64,000 nucleotides of DNA from Iphione sp. A-MEVVRFRX5 (Eukaryota), in NCBI GenBank assembly GCA_976226885.1, contig OZ320315.1, positions 96,968,001 to 97,032,000 of the forward strand. The letters run 5' to 3'. Below, piece by piece: positions 50,451 to 63,339 of the stretch; position 1 is the stretch's first letter; each line of letters begins with the position of its first letter. The position numbers and the translations under genes were made by a program. The notes beneath the pieces were generated by a model. The model saw nothing but the letters and a program-made list of their open reading frames with translations, had not been told where the DNA came from and did no database searches.

Positions 50451-51217
50451 CATTGGATGTAGTGTTGACAATACAGAATTGTTTTATTATTATTATTATT
50501 AAGTCTTTATTTATCCTGGCAAATGTTCATACAATCATGTATTTGCTGCCAGCAAATAACCGAGTAATCATGCTTATTGACAAATATCAAAATAAAAGTG
50601 TTAGTAATGAGTGTTCATGATTCCTTAAATGGTGCTTTGTATAGGCTTTGACACAGTACCTTTGTCACAGTACCTTTATAAATAGACTTATAGTATTCGA
50701 GAGGAATCTTTAGCACTGCAACAGTAATGTCTTATAATGGTTGATACTTTTAACTCTAGCTACATTAAATTATGATCATTGTAGTTCTAGACATCATCCA
50801 TTCCATATTATTGGCTATTGAAGTAGGTATTATTATTACCATTATTTTTGTAAGGGCAACGCCCAGTTCCAACTTCTGTTATGTCTAAACAGCATCCATT
50901 TTGAGTTCAATTAGGACCAAGTCCAGCCATTACTCTACTTAACTCTGTATTATGTTAATATATCCTTTTTCACACAGTGACAACGTCCGTCTCAGCTAAA
51001 ACCCCCTTCAGTATTTCTAGTGACAATGTCCAACTCAGATATTACTTCCTCAAATAACATATAGATATTCTACACATTTTTGACTTGAGATCAATTATTA
51101 ATTATTTATTAATTATTAAATGGTTAGATGGTCACTAATACAAACACTGTGTAACTTATTGTTCTGGGCAATACCCCCTCAGTTCTGATGTTGCATTCTG
51201 AATTTTCGAGTGCCATT

Positions 51218-53927
51218 TTACGGGTCCATATAATACACAAGTTCGAGCTTATACGCATAGAAGTTTGAGCTTATACGTTTAGTTCTACGTTTTTTCTTCC
51301 AGAGACTCATCATTTGTCTTTCATTATAGAATGTTTCCTCCCTACTCAGACTGAGCCATATCTCTTGAAAATGGTATGAGGTCGATTTTTTGAAGGCCTC
51401 TTTGTTTGGCCTCAGCCAAACAATTGGTCTTTTCCTTTGAAATCGGGTATACATTGTTATTGGGGATAATTGCTCAGTGAGTTCACTTGGTAAATTTTGG
51501 TAGTAATACCCTAGCCGTAGTATGGTTGAGTCTCTAATTCCTATTATCTCAGAAGTGACTTCTAACCGTGTTGGTGGTTCATTAGGTAAATGGCAAATCT
51601 GGTACACCCTTCTTCTTAAGGTTACTAATCGCTGAAATTGTTTGCTTTTTTCATTTGTTAAAAAAAATGAACCAAAATCAATAATAGGCAATATCGTGGT
51701 TCCAACTATCACCAATGCCAGGTGGGGATTCACATTTTTTCTGATTAGTTTGTAATGGGAGAGTTTAGCGTATCCCTTTCTGATCAGCATATTCATATGT
51801 TCATCCCACTTTAAATTACTGCTCACCAGCACTCCTAAGTATTTAAATACTGACACATGTTCTAATTTTGCATTACCCATGAAAAGATTCAATTTATACT
51901 TTTTGATGCCATAAGCAAAATTCATAACCTTTGTTTTCTTAACATTTACTAAAATCCGGTTAGTAATAGACCATTCAGATATTCTGTTAACGTCGCTCTG
52001 CATTTTAAACCTAGCTTCCTTTATATCAGCACCATTCTATATGAGCACTACATCATCCACATATAAGAAACATTTTGTGTCCTCAAGATAGTCTGGGAGA
52101 TAATTTATGAAGATTAGAAACAATAAGGGTCCCAATATGGAACCTTGGGGGACTCCACATGTAATCTGCACTTCTGATGATAAACTATCATCTACCCTTG
52201 TACGTTGCCATCGATATTGTAAGTATGCTTTAATTAATGGGGCTATGCACTTCAAACCAATGGTGTATCATTTGGTGACTAATAGAGTCAAATGCCTTGG
52301 CAAAGTCGATAAAGCAGCCAATTACACTTTTCTTCTCATTGAGGTGGTGATGGATAGTATCCATTAGTACATATATCGCCGTATCAGTGCCTCTATTCTT
52401 TCTAAACCCATATTGACTGTATTTCATTAAACAGTTGTAAATGATTTGTTCAAGTACTTTTACTGGCAAAGTTGACTTATAGGGCGGTAGTTATTTACAT
52501 CCAAGTGACTCCCCCCTTTATATAGTGGGGTTACACATGCAGTGGTCCATTCTCTGGGAAACTGACAGTTTTCATTAATATTGTTTAGTATATCCATGAA
52601 TTCAACGCTTAATGTTTGGAGACAGTGTTTCAGAAGCCAAGATGGGATTCCATTCAAAAGACTTGCTTTGGTATCAGGAAATTTACGAATCGCAGCTGAC
52701 ACTTCAAATATAGTAAACGGTGTCCATTGCAGACCATCCAAAGGTACTGGTCTATTACCGGTGTCAGTCGTATCAGGAAGCACTTCCAGTATACGATTCC
52801 CAGGTTCTTTTGAGGATTCCCCAAAATTTAGAGGGATTGTGAATTTTTTCATAAATTTTCCGTTCAAAATATACTTGTATCAGACTGCTGGCCAGTTTAG
52901 TAACTCTATGCATTAGAACATGTTTATTCAATCTATCATCAGCACTACCACTCCTCCTGTATTTCTTAACTGCTGTATGCTTGTCTCTTATTAGGTCTAG
53001 TAGTGTACCATTAACCCAAGGCAGGGAATTGATACGCTGCCTTACCTTTTTGGTTCGCACCATACCATGTATGATATCACATAGATTTTTCTTAAAACAT
53101 AGCCAAATTGCTTCAATATTCGGAGTACTGTATAATGTAGACCAATCTGCGTCTTAGAGTGCATTGTCCAAATTTTGTAGACATATGTCCTGATAGTTTG
53201 TATGAATTGAGTTCTTTATATAGTTTGGTTTAATAATCTTCTTCATTATCACAATCTCGACGAGTTCATGATCACTTAAGTCGCAGTCTATTAGGTTCAG
53301 ATTGGTAAAACATAAATCTATTATAGTTCTCGAAGTGCTCGTAATTCGGGTAGGTCTAGTCACTATTTGTTGCAATGAGAATACATCTAGAGCAGTTGTT
53401 AATTTGGTCTTGTTCGATAAACTTTTGAGCCAGTCAACATTTATATCACCAATTATCAGTAACCTTGATTGGTCTTTAACAGGGATACTTTCTATTTTAT
53501 CACATATATTATTTATGAACCGGTCCAGATTTCCATTAGGTGGTCTAAAGGTACTCACCATTGAAATTTTTGTATTGTGAAGTATTGACAATTCTAACCA
53601 AAAAAACTCACCATCATCAACTGAGCTTAGCCAGTCGACTATATGGAACTGATGCACAAAAATCTCCTTTGTAAAAATTAGAATTCCTCCTCCCCTTCTA
53701 TGTACATGATCCTGTCTAGTGACCGTGTATCCCCTAAATTCAAGTAATGACATTGGGATATCATCATATAACCACGTCTCTGTCAACACTAAAATATCAG
53801 GGTCAGTTTTGTGAAGAAATATTTCAAATAAATCTAACTTACTAATTATACTTCGAATGTTAAGGTGGTATAGTACTAGTCCTCTCTTTACCTGTAGTTC
53901 AGTCATGGTCATAACCCAGCAGCGCAT
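51218..53927 (-). pseudogene. LINE ORF2 (APE plus RT), frameshifted
   Basis: HLNIRSI, LTETWL, GDINVDW, SDH; NYRPIS, QYGFRKNRGTDTA, FIDFAKAFD, GVPQGSILGP, YVDD, FKYLG. Confidence 0.92.
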
Positions 53928-54638
53928 AAATCACTCCATAACATCTAGGCTCAAATAAAATATGGTTAGTAAACATTGTACAAATGAACGTTACAAAAAA
54001 TTGTAAATACAATACAATACAATATTATAACAAAAATACAAAATAAGATCAAACTTATTCTAAACTAATCTAAAGTAAAGTATCGACGCACCGCTCCTAA
54101 CATTTGATGATAAATAATTGTTAAAGTTTAACTCTCACTTTAGCAGAACAATATCAATCTAATTTATTCAAGATAATACAGGGTCATGTGGGGCGTACCC
54201 CAAATGAATGTTCAACATACGATTAGTACATAACAAATAACACTTGTGATTCAATTCAGTATTGTAAGTAGTGGGCATATAATGTAAAGCATGCACGGTA
54301 GTACAACGTACATCACGGATCTCATACAATTATATGTAAATTATGCAACTTTAATAAATAGATGTTTGATTTCATGTGCAGTAATGCAACGTGTGATGTA
54401 TACCTAAACTTCATTAAAACACGTGCCTAATTAGTCGCATCATTATCAACCTATGTATGACATTGATAAGCAGTAAGCTATTCATAAATTGTGTACAGTC
54501 AATTGAGGTAAAACCTATCAATCACAACTATAGTTCATGTGTTTTGTATATATTCATTATGCTAAGACCAATAGTACAACGTACATCATAGTCCCAAGCT
54601 GTTTATATATTACCACCATGGTCCATTAAATAGATGAT

Positions 54639-55350
54639 TTAATGCAGAATTTTCCAAAAAGTAGTTAAATGACACCCATCCACATAGTGTTGCTGTCTGT
54701 GCCTCCAGTGCCCATGGCTCCTGGTATGCACGACTGAATGTGTCCAAGGAGTGGGGGTGCCTTGACTTTTGTTAAGTTTCGTTATTTCTTGATTTAGTTT
54801 CGTCACAGTAGCAAGCAACATAGCTTGTATCATACCAATACTTCCAGTATAGCCTGTATAGCCATTCAGAGTATAATTATAGCGTATGAAGTCGATACAA
54901 AACAATGTGCAGTACATGACTACTGTATACGGATAACGATATTGAATCGCAGCTCTGGCACTCCACAAACGATATATAACGTCATTTACTGCTTCGTCTG
55001 TATTGGAATACCTTGGAACTAAATATCAGATATTGTCCTCATTCTTCATCCTAATGATTTTTGTTAAATCATTCCCACCAGCGAGGATCACGATCGTACT
55101 TGGATAGGGATACCAATCACCTTGTAAGATTACATCAAGGATGTCCTGTATCTTTGCGCCTGGGTAGACATGCACCGTTACATTCCAGCCAAATCTATTG
55201 AAGATTGGCTGTAAGTCCCGACCATGACTGCTATAGAATGTGTACGTGCTTGCGCCTGGGTAGACATGCACCATTACATTCTAGCCAAATCTATTGAAGA
55301 TTGGCTGTAAGTCCCGACCATGACTGCTACAGAATGTGTACGTGCTGGTC
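54639..55350 (-). pseudogene. SGNH esterase-like ORF with an in-frame 96-bp tandem duplication (~55155-55346)
   Basis: FYSSHGRDL, VYPGAKI, LAGGNDL, YVDGCHL. Confidence 0.8.
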
Positions 55351-55443
55351 TTATGACATGCTGGCCTAGCAGTGTTTCTCAGTGAGCGCAGTACACCACA
55401 ATCTGTAAAATATCATAATGGATCAACAATCATACAGACACAT

Positions 55444-56979
55444 TTACTCAGCATCAATTTCCATTCTATCACGAATTCTCATTAAAACTTTTCCCATTTC
55501 GTTTTGCCCTGTGAAGGTACCATTCTTTAACGCTTGAGACCTCCGCGTGCCATTTGCTCCCCAGAATGGGTGTTTTGTGGCTTCAATTAATACTCTGTTA
55601 CCAGTACTCAGAAGTAATTCCTTAAATTCCTCATTGGAAACAAACTTTGAATAGACAAGTTCATCCATTATCTCTACTTTTAGTTCTTCCCAACCTTCAA
55701 TATTAGGGAGATCTTTTCTGATTGTTTTAAGTGACTGATAGCCTTATCCACAGGCTATCTTGGATTGAACGCACGCAGCTTTTCCTTTGCTGTACGTGTA
55801 AGCTTGCTCAATCCTTGCAAACTCTAATTTATCCCAGGAAACAGAACATGGGTACAAGTTGGACATAATAGAACCCTTGCCTGCAAAAACCAGCGCATCA
55901 TCTTTCTGATGTTGCTCTGTTTTCAGGCAGGACAAGTATTGGTCTGGTATTTTGTCCTGATTGAGTCATACCAGGTTTCACCCAAGAGTAGCCTGTCACC
56001 ACTAACTGCTACAGTGAATTGTGGGTATGAGGTCTGGACAAACCTCAAAATTTTCTTAAACTTGATCTGCGCATCACGTTGTAGATGCGTTAGATCATTA
56101 TTCAGCCAAATATTCTTTCCCTTTAATTTCTTTTTTTCTCTTAGAATCTGGTCTTTAATCGAGACTCTCAAAAATTTCACAAAAATTATAGGTATGCCTC
56201 GCTTGTTTGAACGACGTGTTTGAAACAGTTCATCAATGTCATCCTCGTTGACATTAGCATCTAGCGATTCAAACAGCCCCAATACCGCTAGTAGGAGGTT
56301 GTCTCCTTCATTAATGTTAAAACCGTCAATAAACATGTTATTCCTTCTACTTTTACGATCCAAATTTTCCAAAATGTCTATATTGGACTTTTTACTGTCC
56401 TGTAGTTGCTGTCTCAAGGCTGCGTTTTCCTTTTGTAATTCTGTTACTGACAATTCTAATACTTCTATTCGTTCTTTATGATCAGAGAGACTAGAAATAC
56501 AGGTGTCTACTTTACTACTGAGAGAGGCTACATTTTCATTTATTTTCTTAGTCTCTGTTAAAGTCAACTCTGTTTTTTAATATTTCATTCATTAGTGCAT
56601 TCATTTGACGTTGTAGGGAGCCTTTCTTAGCATCTACTGTTGCCTCTGAGTTTGGACTGTTCTCCTTTTTTTGCTTAGAACCACCCCTAATAGCTTCACT
56701 ACACACAGAATTTACAAAAAATGGTTTAATAGAAATTTGTTTACCTTTAGGAGTCGGTTCTGTGTGCTCAGTACCTGTTGTCCCGTCAGTCTTACCACTC
56801 GTGGTATTCACCTTTGTGCTCTGAATTACACTCTGACTTGAGTCAGCGTTCAGTACGGAATGGGTACCAGTGTTACCCTCGTTCAACATGTCTGCGTGCA
56901 GGCTTGACTGATTCCCCGCCTCCCCACCATCCATACATTCAGTGGTGGGGCATGATCTAGTGACATTATGGTCTGCCAT
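55444..56979 (-). pseudogene. LINE ORF1: coiled coil, L1-type RRM/CTD, NADAR
   Basis: RKSRRNNMFIDGF...IWLNNDLT; VFAGKGSIMSNLYPC...IEQAYTYSK; in frame across one stop: IMDELVYSKFVSN...LLLSTGNRVLIEATKHPFWG...FTGQNEMGKVLMRIRDRM. Confidence 0.9.
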
Positions 56980-58453
56980 TCTAAATAAAGATCAGTATCC
57001 GACCACATATAAAGTATACAATATTTCTGTTTTTAATCTAGATACACTATTATGAAGCAACCAGTTATACAAGTATCAAAGCGATGGCAGAGCAGGTCTT
57101 ACACACCCATCATCTAAACAGTTTTGCACGCAAATTCAATAAAATTAGTACCTTTACTTTACCGGTTCAGTCATGGTACATGTAGCGCACTTCAACATAC
57201 ACCCAATATCACTCACCACACTCGGAGAGAAATCAAAACCGCGTTTTAGTACCAATAATCAAGCTTAGTTCCACTTTTAATCAACACCCCCATAATCTTT
57301 GTTGTTCATACCGTCATAGTTTCAGTTACTGGGATAAACAACACTTCAATACATTATATACAACCACAAAACAATATGGAGCAGTACCTGTCTACCTCAT
57401 GCCGGCCATTTAATTTTTCTGTCGCTCAGATAACTATTAAACCATCTCAGAGCCATATCATCCATATCGTAGTTGCGTGACAGTTTGTCTAATAGAATTC
57501 CATGATTGACAGTATTGAAGGCTTTCCTGAGTTCAACAAATATGGCGTTTATGAACAGCTTGTCATTAATTCCTGCATAAATACTGTTAGCCACGCTGAA
57601 GATGGCATCCCTGGTGCCCCTAGATTTCCTGGAACCGAATTGTTCTCTAGCAAGTATATCATTATGTTCGAGGTGTACATATAACCTATTGAATATGATT
57701 TTTTCCAAAATTTTGGCAGGAGCAGGTAGTAGGGAAATAGGTGTAAAGGGATGACCTTAGCCAATTTCGTTTTATCGGGGAAAATACCAGTGGCTATTGA
57801 TAGATTCAAGACATGCGTTAGTTGGTCAATGCAGGATGCTATACAGTGCCAAAAAACATGTGTAGGAATACCCGTAATATTTGCATTTTTCTTTTTGTTA
57901 ATGTCATTGATTATGTTTAATACTTCAGACCTCGTTGATTTCATGAGTCTAAAGATTTAGGTTTGATTTGAAGTTTGGGAAAGCAATGCATCAGGACTGC
58001 CAGTGGAGTGATCCACTGGAGCAGATGGCAGTGACGATGCAATTGCTTCTGCGACATTGGTGAAGTACTGATTTAAGAGATTAGGTATGGCATTTGGCTC
58101 TACAATACTATTATCATGCCTGATTGATATTGGACGACATGATTTCTGCTGTAGTCCTGCTAATTCTTTCATGATAGACCAGTATTCTTGACCATTTTTT
58201 TGTGATTCGTAGAGCTTCCTCTTGTAGTAGAACATCTTGTGAGTGTATACGCTTCTCCTGATTTGGTTTTTTAGATGGTTGGCTATTCTGATTGAGTCAA
58301 TATCCTTTCTTTCCTTTGCTTTGCGACGATAGTAGTTTTTAAGTCTGATACTCCTGAGAAGTGCAGGAGTCATCCATGGCGTGTTGTTGTTGGTACGAAT
58401 CCTTTTTGTGGTTTCTGGAGCGATTCTGTCGGTTGATGATCTAATATTGGATT

Positions 58454-59341
58454 CTAGAATGGCCCAGGCAGTGTTAACATTGTCCGCATTGTATAGATTG
58501 TACCAGTTACATTCACCAAGAGATTTTCTTGTGAGGTGTTCCTGCAGTTGACTACTTTGTATATAGGCGAGTGGTGGTTGTGCCTGTTAATCTTTTTGAG
58601 AGCAAATGTCATGTTATGATCTGATAAAGCTAGATCTATTGTTCCTACATCAATAATATGCTGACTGTTGCTGGCTAGAATATCAATGCTGATGGAAGAT
58701 TTGCCACTAATACGAGTGTCAGTGTTGATGTGGTTATAGAGAGAGTAAAGGTTTAGTAGATAGGTAAGCTTTTTCCTATTAGGGCAGTTCGTGTTCATCA
58801 TGTTAATGTTGACATCCCCTAGCATGTAGATATCTCTACTCAGATTTAAATGGCTCAACAGGTTGTCAAGATGTGAGATAAATTGTGTAACTGAGTCTGA
58901 CGGTGGTCTGTAAACATTAATAAGGATTGATTTTTTCATTTTTCCTGGAGTGATTTCAACTACCTCCATTTCGATATGCTCATTCACTATGTTAAACCTA
59001 TTATCAAAATCATTAATATTGAAGTTCTCTTTAATGTATAAGGCTAGGCCTCCTCCACACCTGTTGGCTACAGAGTCAATAGTGCTATCACATCTGTCGA
59101 CATGCAGCATGACATAATTATCCAGTGTAAAGTAGTTATTTGCATGATTATTGTTGAGCCAGGTTTCTTGTAGGGCAATAATGTCAATATCGAGGTCCTT
59201 CATGTGTAATTCAAGTAGTGCATGTTTATTCACCAGACTGCAGACATTTTGCTGAGCAATGTATAATCCTTTCCTACTAAATCTTTTTTTGGTGACTATC
59301 ATTGGTCCCACAGAAGATGTACGTTCATACATATATTCCAT
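58454..59341 (-). CDS. LINE APE endonuclease
   Basis: QQNVCSL, LQETWL, GGGLALY, VYRPP, LGDVNI, SIDIL, SDHNM. Confidence 0.92.
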   Translation of the reverse strand: MEYMYERTSSVGPMIVTKKRFSRKGLYIAQQNVCSLVNKHALLELHMKDLDIDIIALQETWLNNNHANNYFTLDNYVMLHVDRCDSTIDSVANRCGGGLALYIKENFNINDFDNRFNIVNEHIEMEVVEITPGKMKKSILINVYRPPSDSVTQFISHLDNLLSHLNLSRDIYMLGDVNINMMNTNCPNRKKLTYLLNLYSLYNHINTDTRISGKSSISIDILASNSQHIIDVGTIDLALSDHNMTFALKKINRHNHHSPIYKVVNCRNTSQENLLVNVTGTIYTMRTMLTLPGPF

Positions 59342-59990
59342 TGGTCATACATAGAAGTTAGATGAGGAGCATATATAGGGCAGTAATTGATAATAATTGA
59401 GGGCACATAAAGAATGGTGAGTGAAAAAGAGATACGTACACAAAATAGATATGATATCAATTTCCTGACGTAAGTGAACATTCACTATCAGTAATAACAT
59501 CATGGTGACGATCAATGGTTAGAGCGCATACTTTGACAAATGTATGCATTGCATATAATTAAACGTGATGGAAGAAGTGGGTGGGGGAGAGAGGCAAGTC
59601 TTGAGAAAGAGGACAGATTGTCCGAATGTGTAATTTAGGGACATATGTATATACATAAAATGATACAGATTGCTTGATGTACAAATACTAATGAGCAGAG
59701 TTGCATAATTGCATAGCTATAAATTCATACATACATACATATACATATCATTGATTGATCAACTTGATAATGATTACAATAATACAAAAACAAATATAAG
59801 TGACAATACGTACTTATAGCATGAGTATGGTGCCTGAGGTCTACCACCAAAATATTGATGAACACAAGGGGCGCAGCCATAGATGTACAAACGACATGGT
59901 TACGAGGATCGGAGATAGGGACAGAGAAGAGGTAGGGTGTTGATTGATCAACTGTATCTCTTGTCATATCATTGCTAACATTGACTTAAG

Positions 59991-60632
59991 CTACAGATTG
60001 CGTTCAACAGACTTGATAATGGTGTTAGCCCAATGGTTGACTGTGTGGTTGTTTGGGTGGAGCCCGTTATATAATTTGGCAAAGAAACACTGATATTGCT
60101 TTTTCTGGTACTTGTGCACCGGAGCCTCAAGCCACGGTGTTGCATAATGATACATTTGATTTTTCTTAACAATCAGATTGTTAATTCGCCTAATTCCCTC
60201 ATTGAATTCTGACTGGATTTTGTAGCTGGTGTTTATGATTTTGGCTGGGTCATGAAGTTTAAACTGATTATATTCGTTAAAGTTCATGGAGCTCATCTGA
60301 CACCAGATAAATTTGGTTTGAGCTGGTAAAGAATCAATTTTCCAGACATGGCGGGACATCACAGAGGAAAAGTGGTTGAATAGCTCCGTGGCAGTAACAA
60401 ACAGGGGGAATGTTGGATCTGATGATGAGTCACGATAGATCAAGTCATTTATGCCTGCAAAGATTAGGACCAGGCTATATGAGGCCAGGGCATCATTCAT
60501 ATATACCATTTCCATGACTTGGTCCAGCTTTCCCCCAGGCTTGGAATAGACATCAATTCTAATGTGTGCAGGAGCAATGTTGCTGATCGCTTGTTGAAGT
60601 TTCAGCCCTCTGGAGTCCGACACCAACAGCAC
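59991..60632 (-). CDS. SGNH esterase-like domain of LINE ORF1
   Basis: LVSDSRG, SKPGG, FAGINDL, YNGLHP (Asp replaced by Asn in block V). Confidence 0.85.
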   Translation of the reverse strand: MLLVSDSRGLKLQQAISNIAPAHIRIDVYSKPGGKLDQVMEMVYMNDALASYSLVLIFAGINDLIYRDSSSDPTFPLFVTATELFNHFSSVMSRHVWKIDSLPAQTKFIWCQMSSMNFNEYNQFKLHDPAKIINTSYKIQSEFNEGIRRINNLIVKKNQMYHYATPWLEAPVHKYQKKQYQCFFAKLYNGLHPNNHTVNHWANTIIKSVERNL

Positions 60633-61150
60633 TTTAGTTCGGATCGATCTTTGTGTATTTCCTCTAATGCAGATTGTAAACTATCCACAGTTGATTGTAA
60701 AATGGTAAGCCATTCGGAGTGGAGTGCAGTAGCAGCAGTATTTGAAGGGGTTGTTGGATTTGTGCTGTTAGCGGTGGTGGTGTTAGTTGGTGTGACATTC
60801 GTGGATTGATTATCAGACAGTGGCTGAAAACTGTTATGAATAGGGGTACTAGGAACAGACTTATCGTGATAATTGTTGCTCCCATTCTTCCCGTGCGTCA
60901 GTCCACTTCTACGGCCGTGCGGCTTCGAGGGCGGCCCGTGGTTCTTTCTGTCACCCGCACGCGATGGGGTCCCAGGGGGGGTTGAATTCAAACGTCTAGA
61001 TGACCGTTGAGTTTGGGTCTCGACTGGGTTCGTGTTGGCTGCTTTCCTCCCCATCGTGGAAGTCCTTCTGAGTGAGCTGTTCAGTCTGTTATATGCTGCT
61101 AATGAATGATTATGTAGTGATTACTAGCATTAGTTCTGGTTAGAAGTGCC

Positions 61151-61190
61151 TCTCTCCCCGGAAGCACGTCTTCACCGTTTGGCCATCTTG
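61151..61190 (-). promoter_or_regulatory. Putative LINE 5' internal promoter with YY1 consensus CAAGATGGCC
   Basis: Minus strand CAAGATGGCCAAACGGTGAAGACGTGCTTCCGGGGAGAG, ~130 nt upstream of the ORF1 ATG. Confidence 0.6.
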
Positions 61191-61199
61191 TTAAAATTC

Positions 61200-63335
61200 A
61201 ATTCCAGTGGTGTTGTGCCTGGTAGACAAAACTGTTCCTGAATACGGATATCCCTTCCGATTGGCGTCTGAATGGATATTTGATTACCAACACCAAATCT
61301 TGTTATTGTTTGTCTCCTCCTTTCACAAAACCCCAGATGAAACATATCTGTAATGAGCAGTAAAGATAGATAGTAAGTGAAATTATCGAGCAGATTTATT
61401 ACCTTTAAAATTAACCATTTTTCAACCTCGTCAGTAGCCGATTTATTATGTAAAACACATCTTCTTATTGCCCTGTACCAATTCACCCGCTACCCTCCCA
61501 ACTCCCCTTTTCTACATGATAGCTGAAAACTAAAACCATAATCTAAATGAGGAAGCACAAAAGCAATAAGTAATTAAGTAATTTCTACAGCTGCCTAGCA
61601 AATAACTTGCTTTGTTTAACTCATGTATTTTGTCGTTAATAAAAGGAGCAAAGGAAAGTCTATCATCTAGAATATAGCCCAGGACGCTGAATTGTGTTAC
61701 TTTCCCAAGATAAATGCCATTTAATTTTAGTTCGAGCCCAAAATTTCGTGCCTTACCAAAACTCATCACTTTAGTTTTTTGCTCATTAATTTTTAGGCCA
61801 TTATCTCTACACCAAGTTTCAATATGTAATAGTGAGTATTGAAGTTTCTGATGTAACGCCCACAAGCTAGTCCCAGAACCCACTACAGTTACATCATCTG
61901 CATAAACTATTAAATTACAAGGTTTCCCTGCATCAAAAATATCCTTTACATGAACATTAGCGGCCCCAAGACAGAGCCTTGGGGTACCCCAAGGTTTATT
62001 TCAAGTGCCGAAGATATTGTCTGATTACATTTTACTCATTGAACTCATTGAGTCAAATATGAATGGAACCATTGGCATATTTTGTCTCCCATCCCATACC
62101 ATTTTAATTTATTTAAACGCAGTTTGTGGTTAATTAAATCAAATGCTTTAGACATATCTAGAAAAACTGTACCCATGTATTTCCCAGAATTAATCAGTTC
62201 ATAAATCCTTTTTAACAAAACCCCGCAAGCTATTGAAGTCCCTCTCCCCTGTCTAAAACCAAATTGATTTTGACAAAACAAATTATTTTTCTATATATAT
62301 GAATAAATTTGGTTAGATACGATATGTTCCAGAATTTTACTTGGTGCCTGCAATATAGAGATAGGTCTGTAATTTTCTGATTTAAAACAACTCGACTTTT
62401 TCTGGAGAGGAGTAATTGTTGCATGTTTCCATGACGCTGGGACAACACCGTCCTCTAGTGAACGATTGAGTTAAGTAAAGAAATATACAGTGCATTTTAG
62501 GCTGTCCTTCAGATATCTCATAGGTAAACCTTCTATTCCCGAAGGTTTACAATCCTTCAGTTTCAAGATAAGTTTGTATACTTGGCCAAAACTTTTCAAA
62601 TTCTATTAAATTTGGTCTGTCATTCTTTGAGTATGGTCCAATATTCAGTTTTAGTCCAAATTGCAGTTTCTCGGCTATTTCTTTAAATTTATGATTAAAT
62701 TCTTCAGACACTGCTGCCCCCTCTATAATTCTCTCACCATCCTTCAATTTGATATCAATCCCACCCTTACGTGATCGACCAAAAGCAACACTACTAATTA
62801 AATTCCACAGTCTCCTATCGTTCTCAGTTTCCAGGTAATTATTTTTAATTTCTCTGGCTAATTTGTTTACTAAATTACGAAAATAATTATACACCTGCTT
62901 GTAATCTATTATACTTGACTTTATCCATCTTCTCCTGTATTGTCCCGTTCTCTACGGAGATTCAATAATCGTTGGTCCAACCATCCTGGCGTTGTAAGTC
63001 TGTGATATCTTCATATGGACAAAGTTTATCTATTACACCCATAACATTATCCACCCAACGTTCCCAAATTGCATCTACACACATACCTGGGTCAATTTCC
63101 CAATTACAATCATCAAGCATCTCTTGTAGTATTTGAAAGGTATAGTGCTTATCCATTTCTTACAGACCGCATCACTTTCTGAGCTTTCTGTCTTGATTTT
63201 TTAAAATCGACATAAGTAATATAATGATCACTATAACCACTGATTAGAACACCACATTTTATATAGTCCAAAGTTGTGGTATAAATATGGTCAAGACATT
63301 CTAGCCATTTATGGGTCACTTCATTCACCAACTGT
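61200..63335 (-). mobile_element. LINE ORF2 remnant (APE end, linker, RT, C-terminus)
   Basis: CLDHIY, SDHY, QFGFRQG, FLDMSKAFD, GVP, YADD, LGYILDDRLSF. Confidence 0.88.
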
Positions 63336-63339
63336 TTTA

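Larger units (their letters stand above)
51100..57000 (-). mobile_element. Near-full-length LINE of the NADAR-ORF1 / SGNH / APE-RT architecture
   Basis: ORF1 56979-55444, SGNH ~55350-54639, AT-rich spacer, APE 53927-53154, linker and RT 53063-51218, all colinear. Confidence 0.92.
57397..61190 (-). mobile_element. LINE with SGNH-type ORF1 (disordered plus coiled coil plus esterase) and ORF2 truncated at RT domain 3
   Basis: 5' motif 61151-61190; ORF 61054-60602 fuses to SGNH 60632-59991 with one frameshift; APE 59341-58454; RT to 57397. Confidence 0.9.

Noticed and set aside
59991-60632. oskar-like host gene (OSK domain)
   Set aside because: No LOTUS domain; the ORF sits directly upstream of APE-RT, matching known LINE esterase ORF1s.
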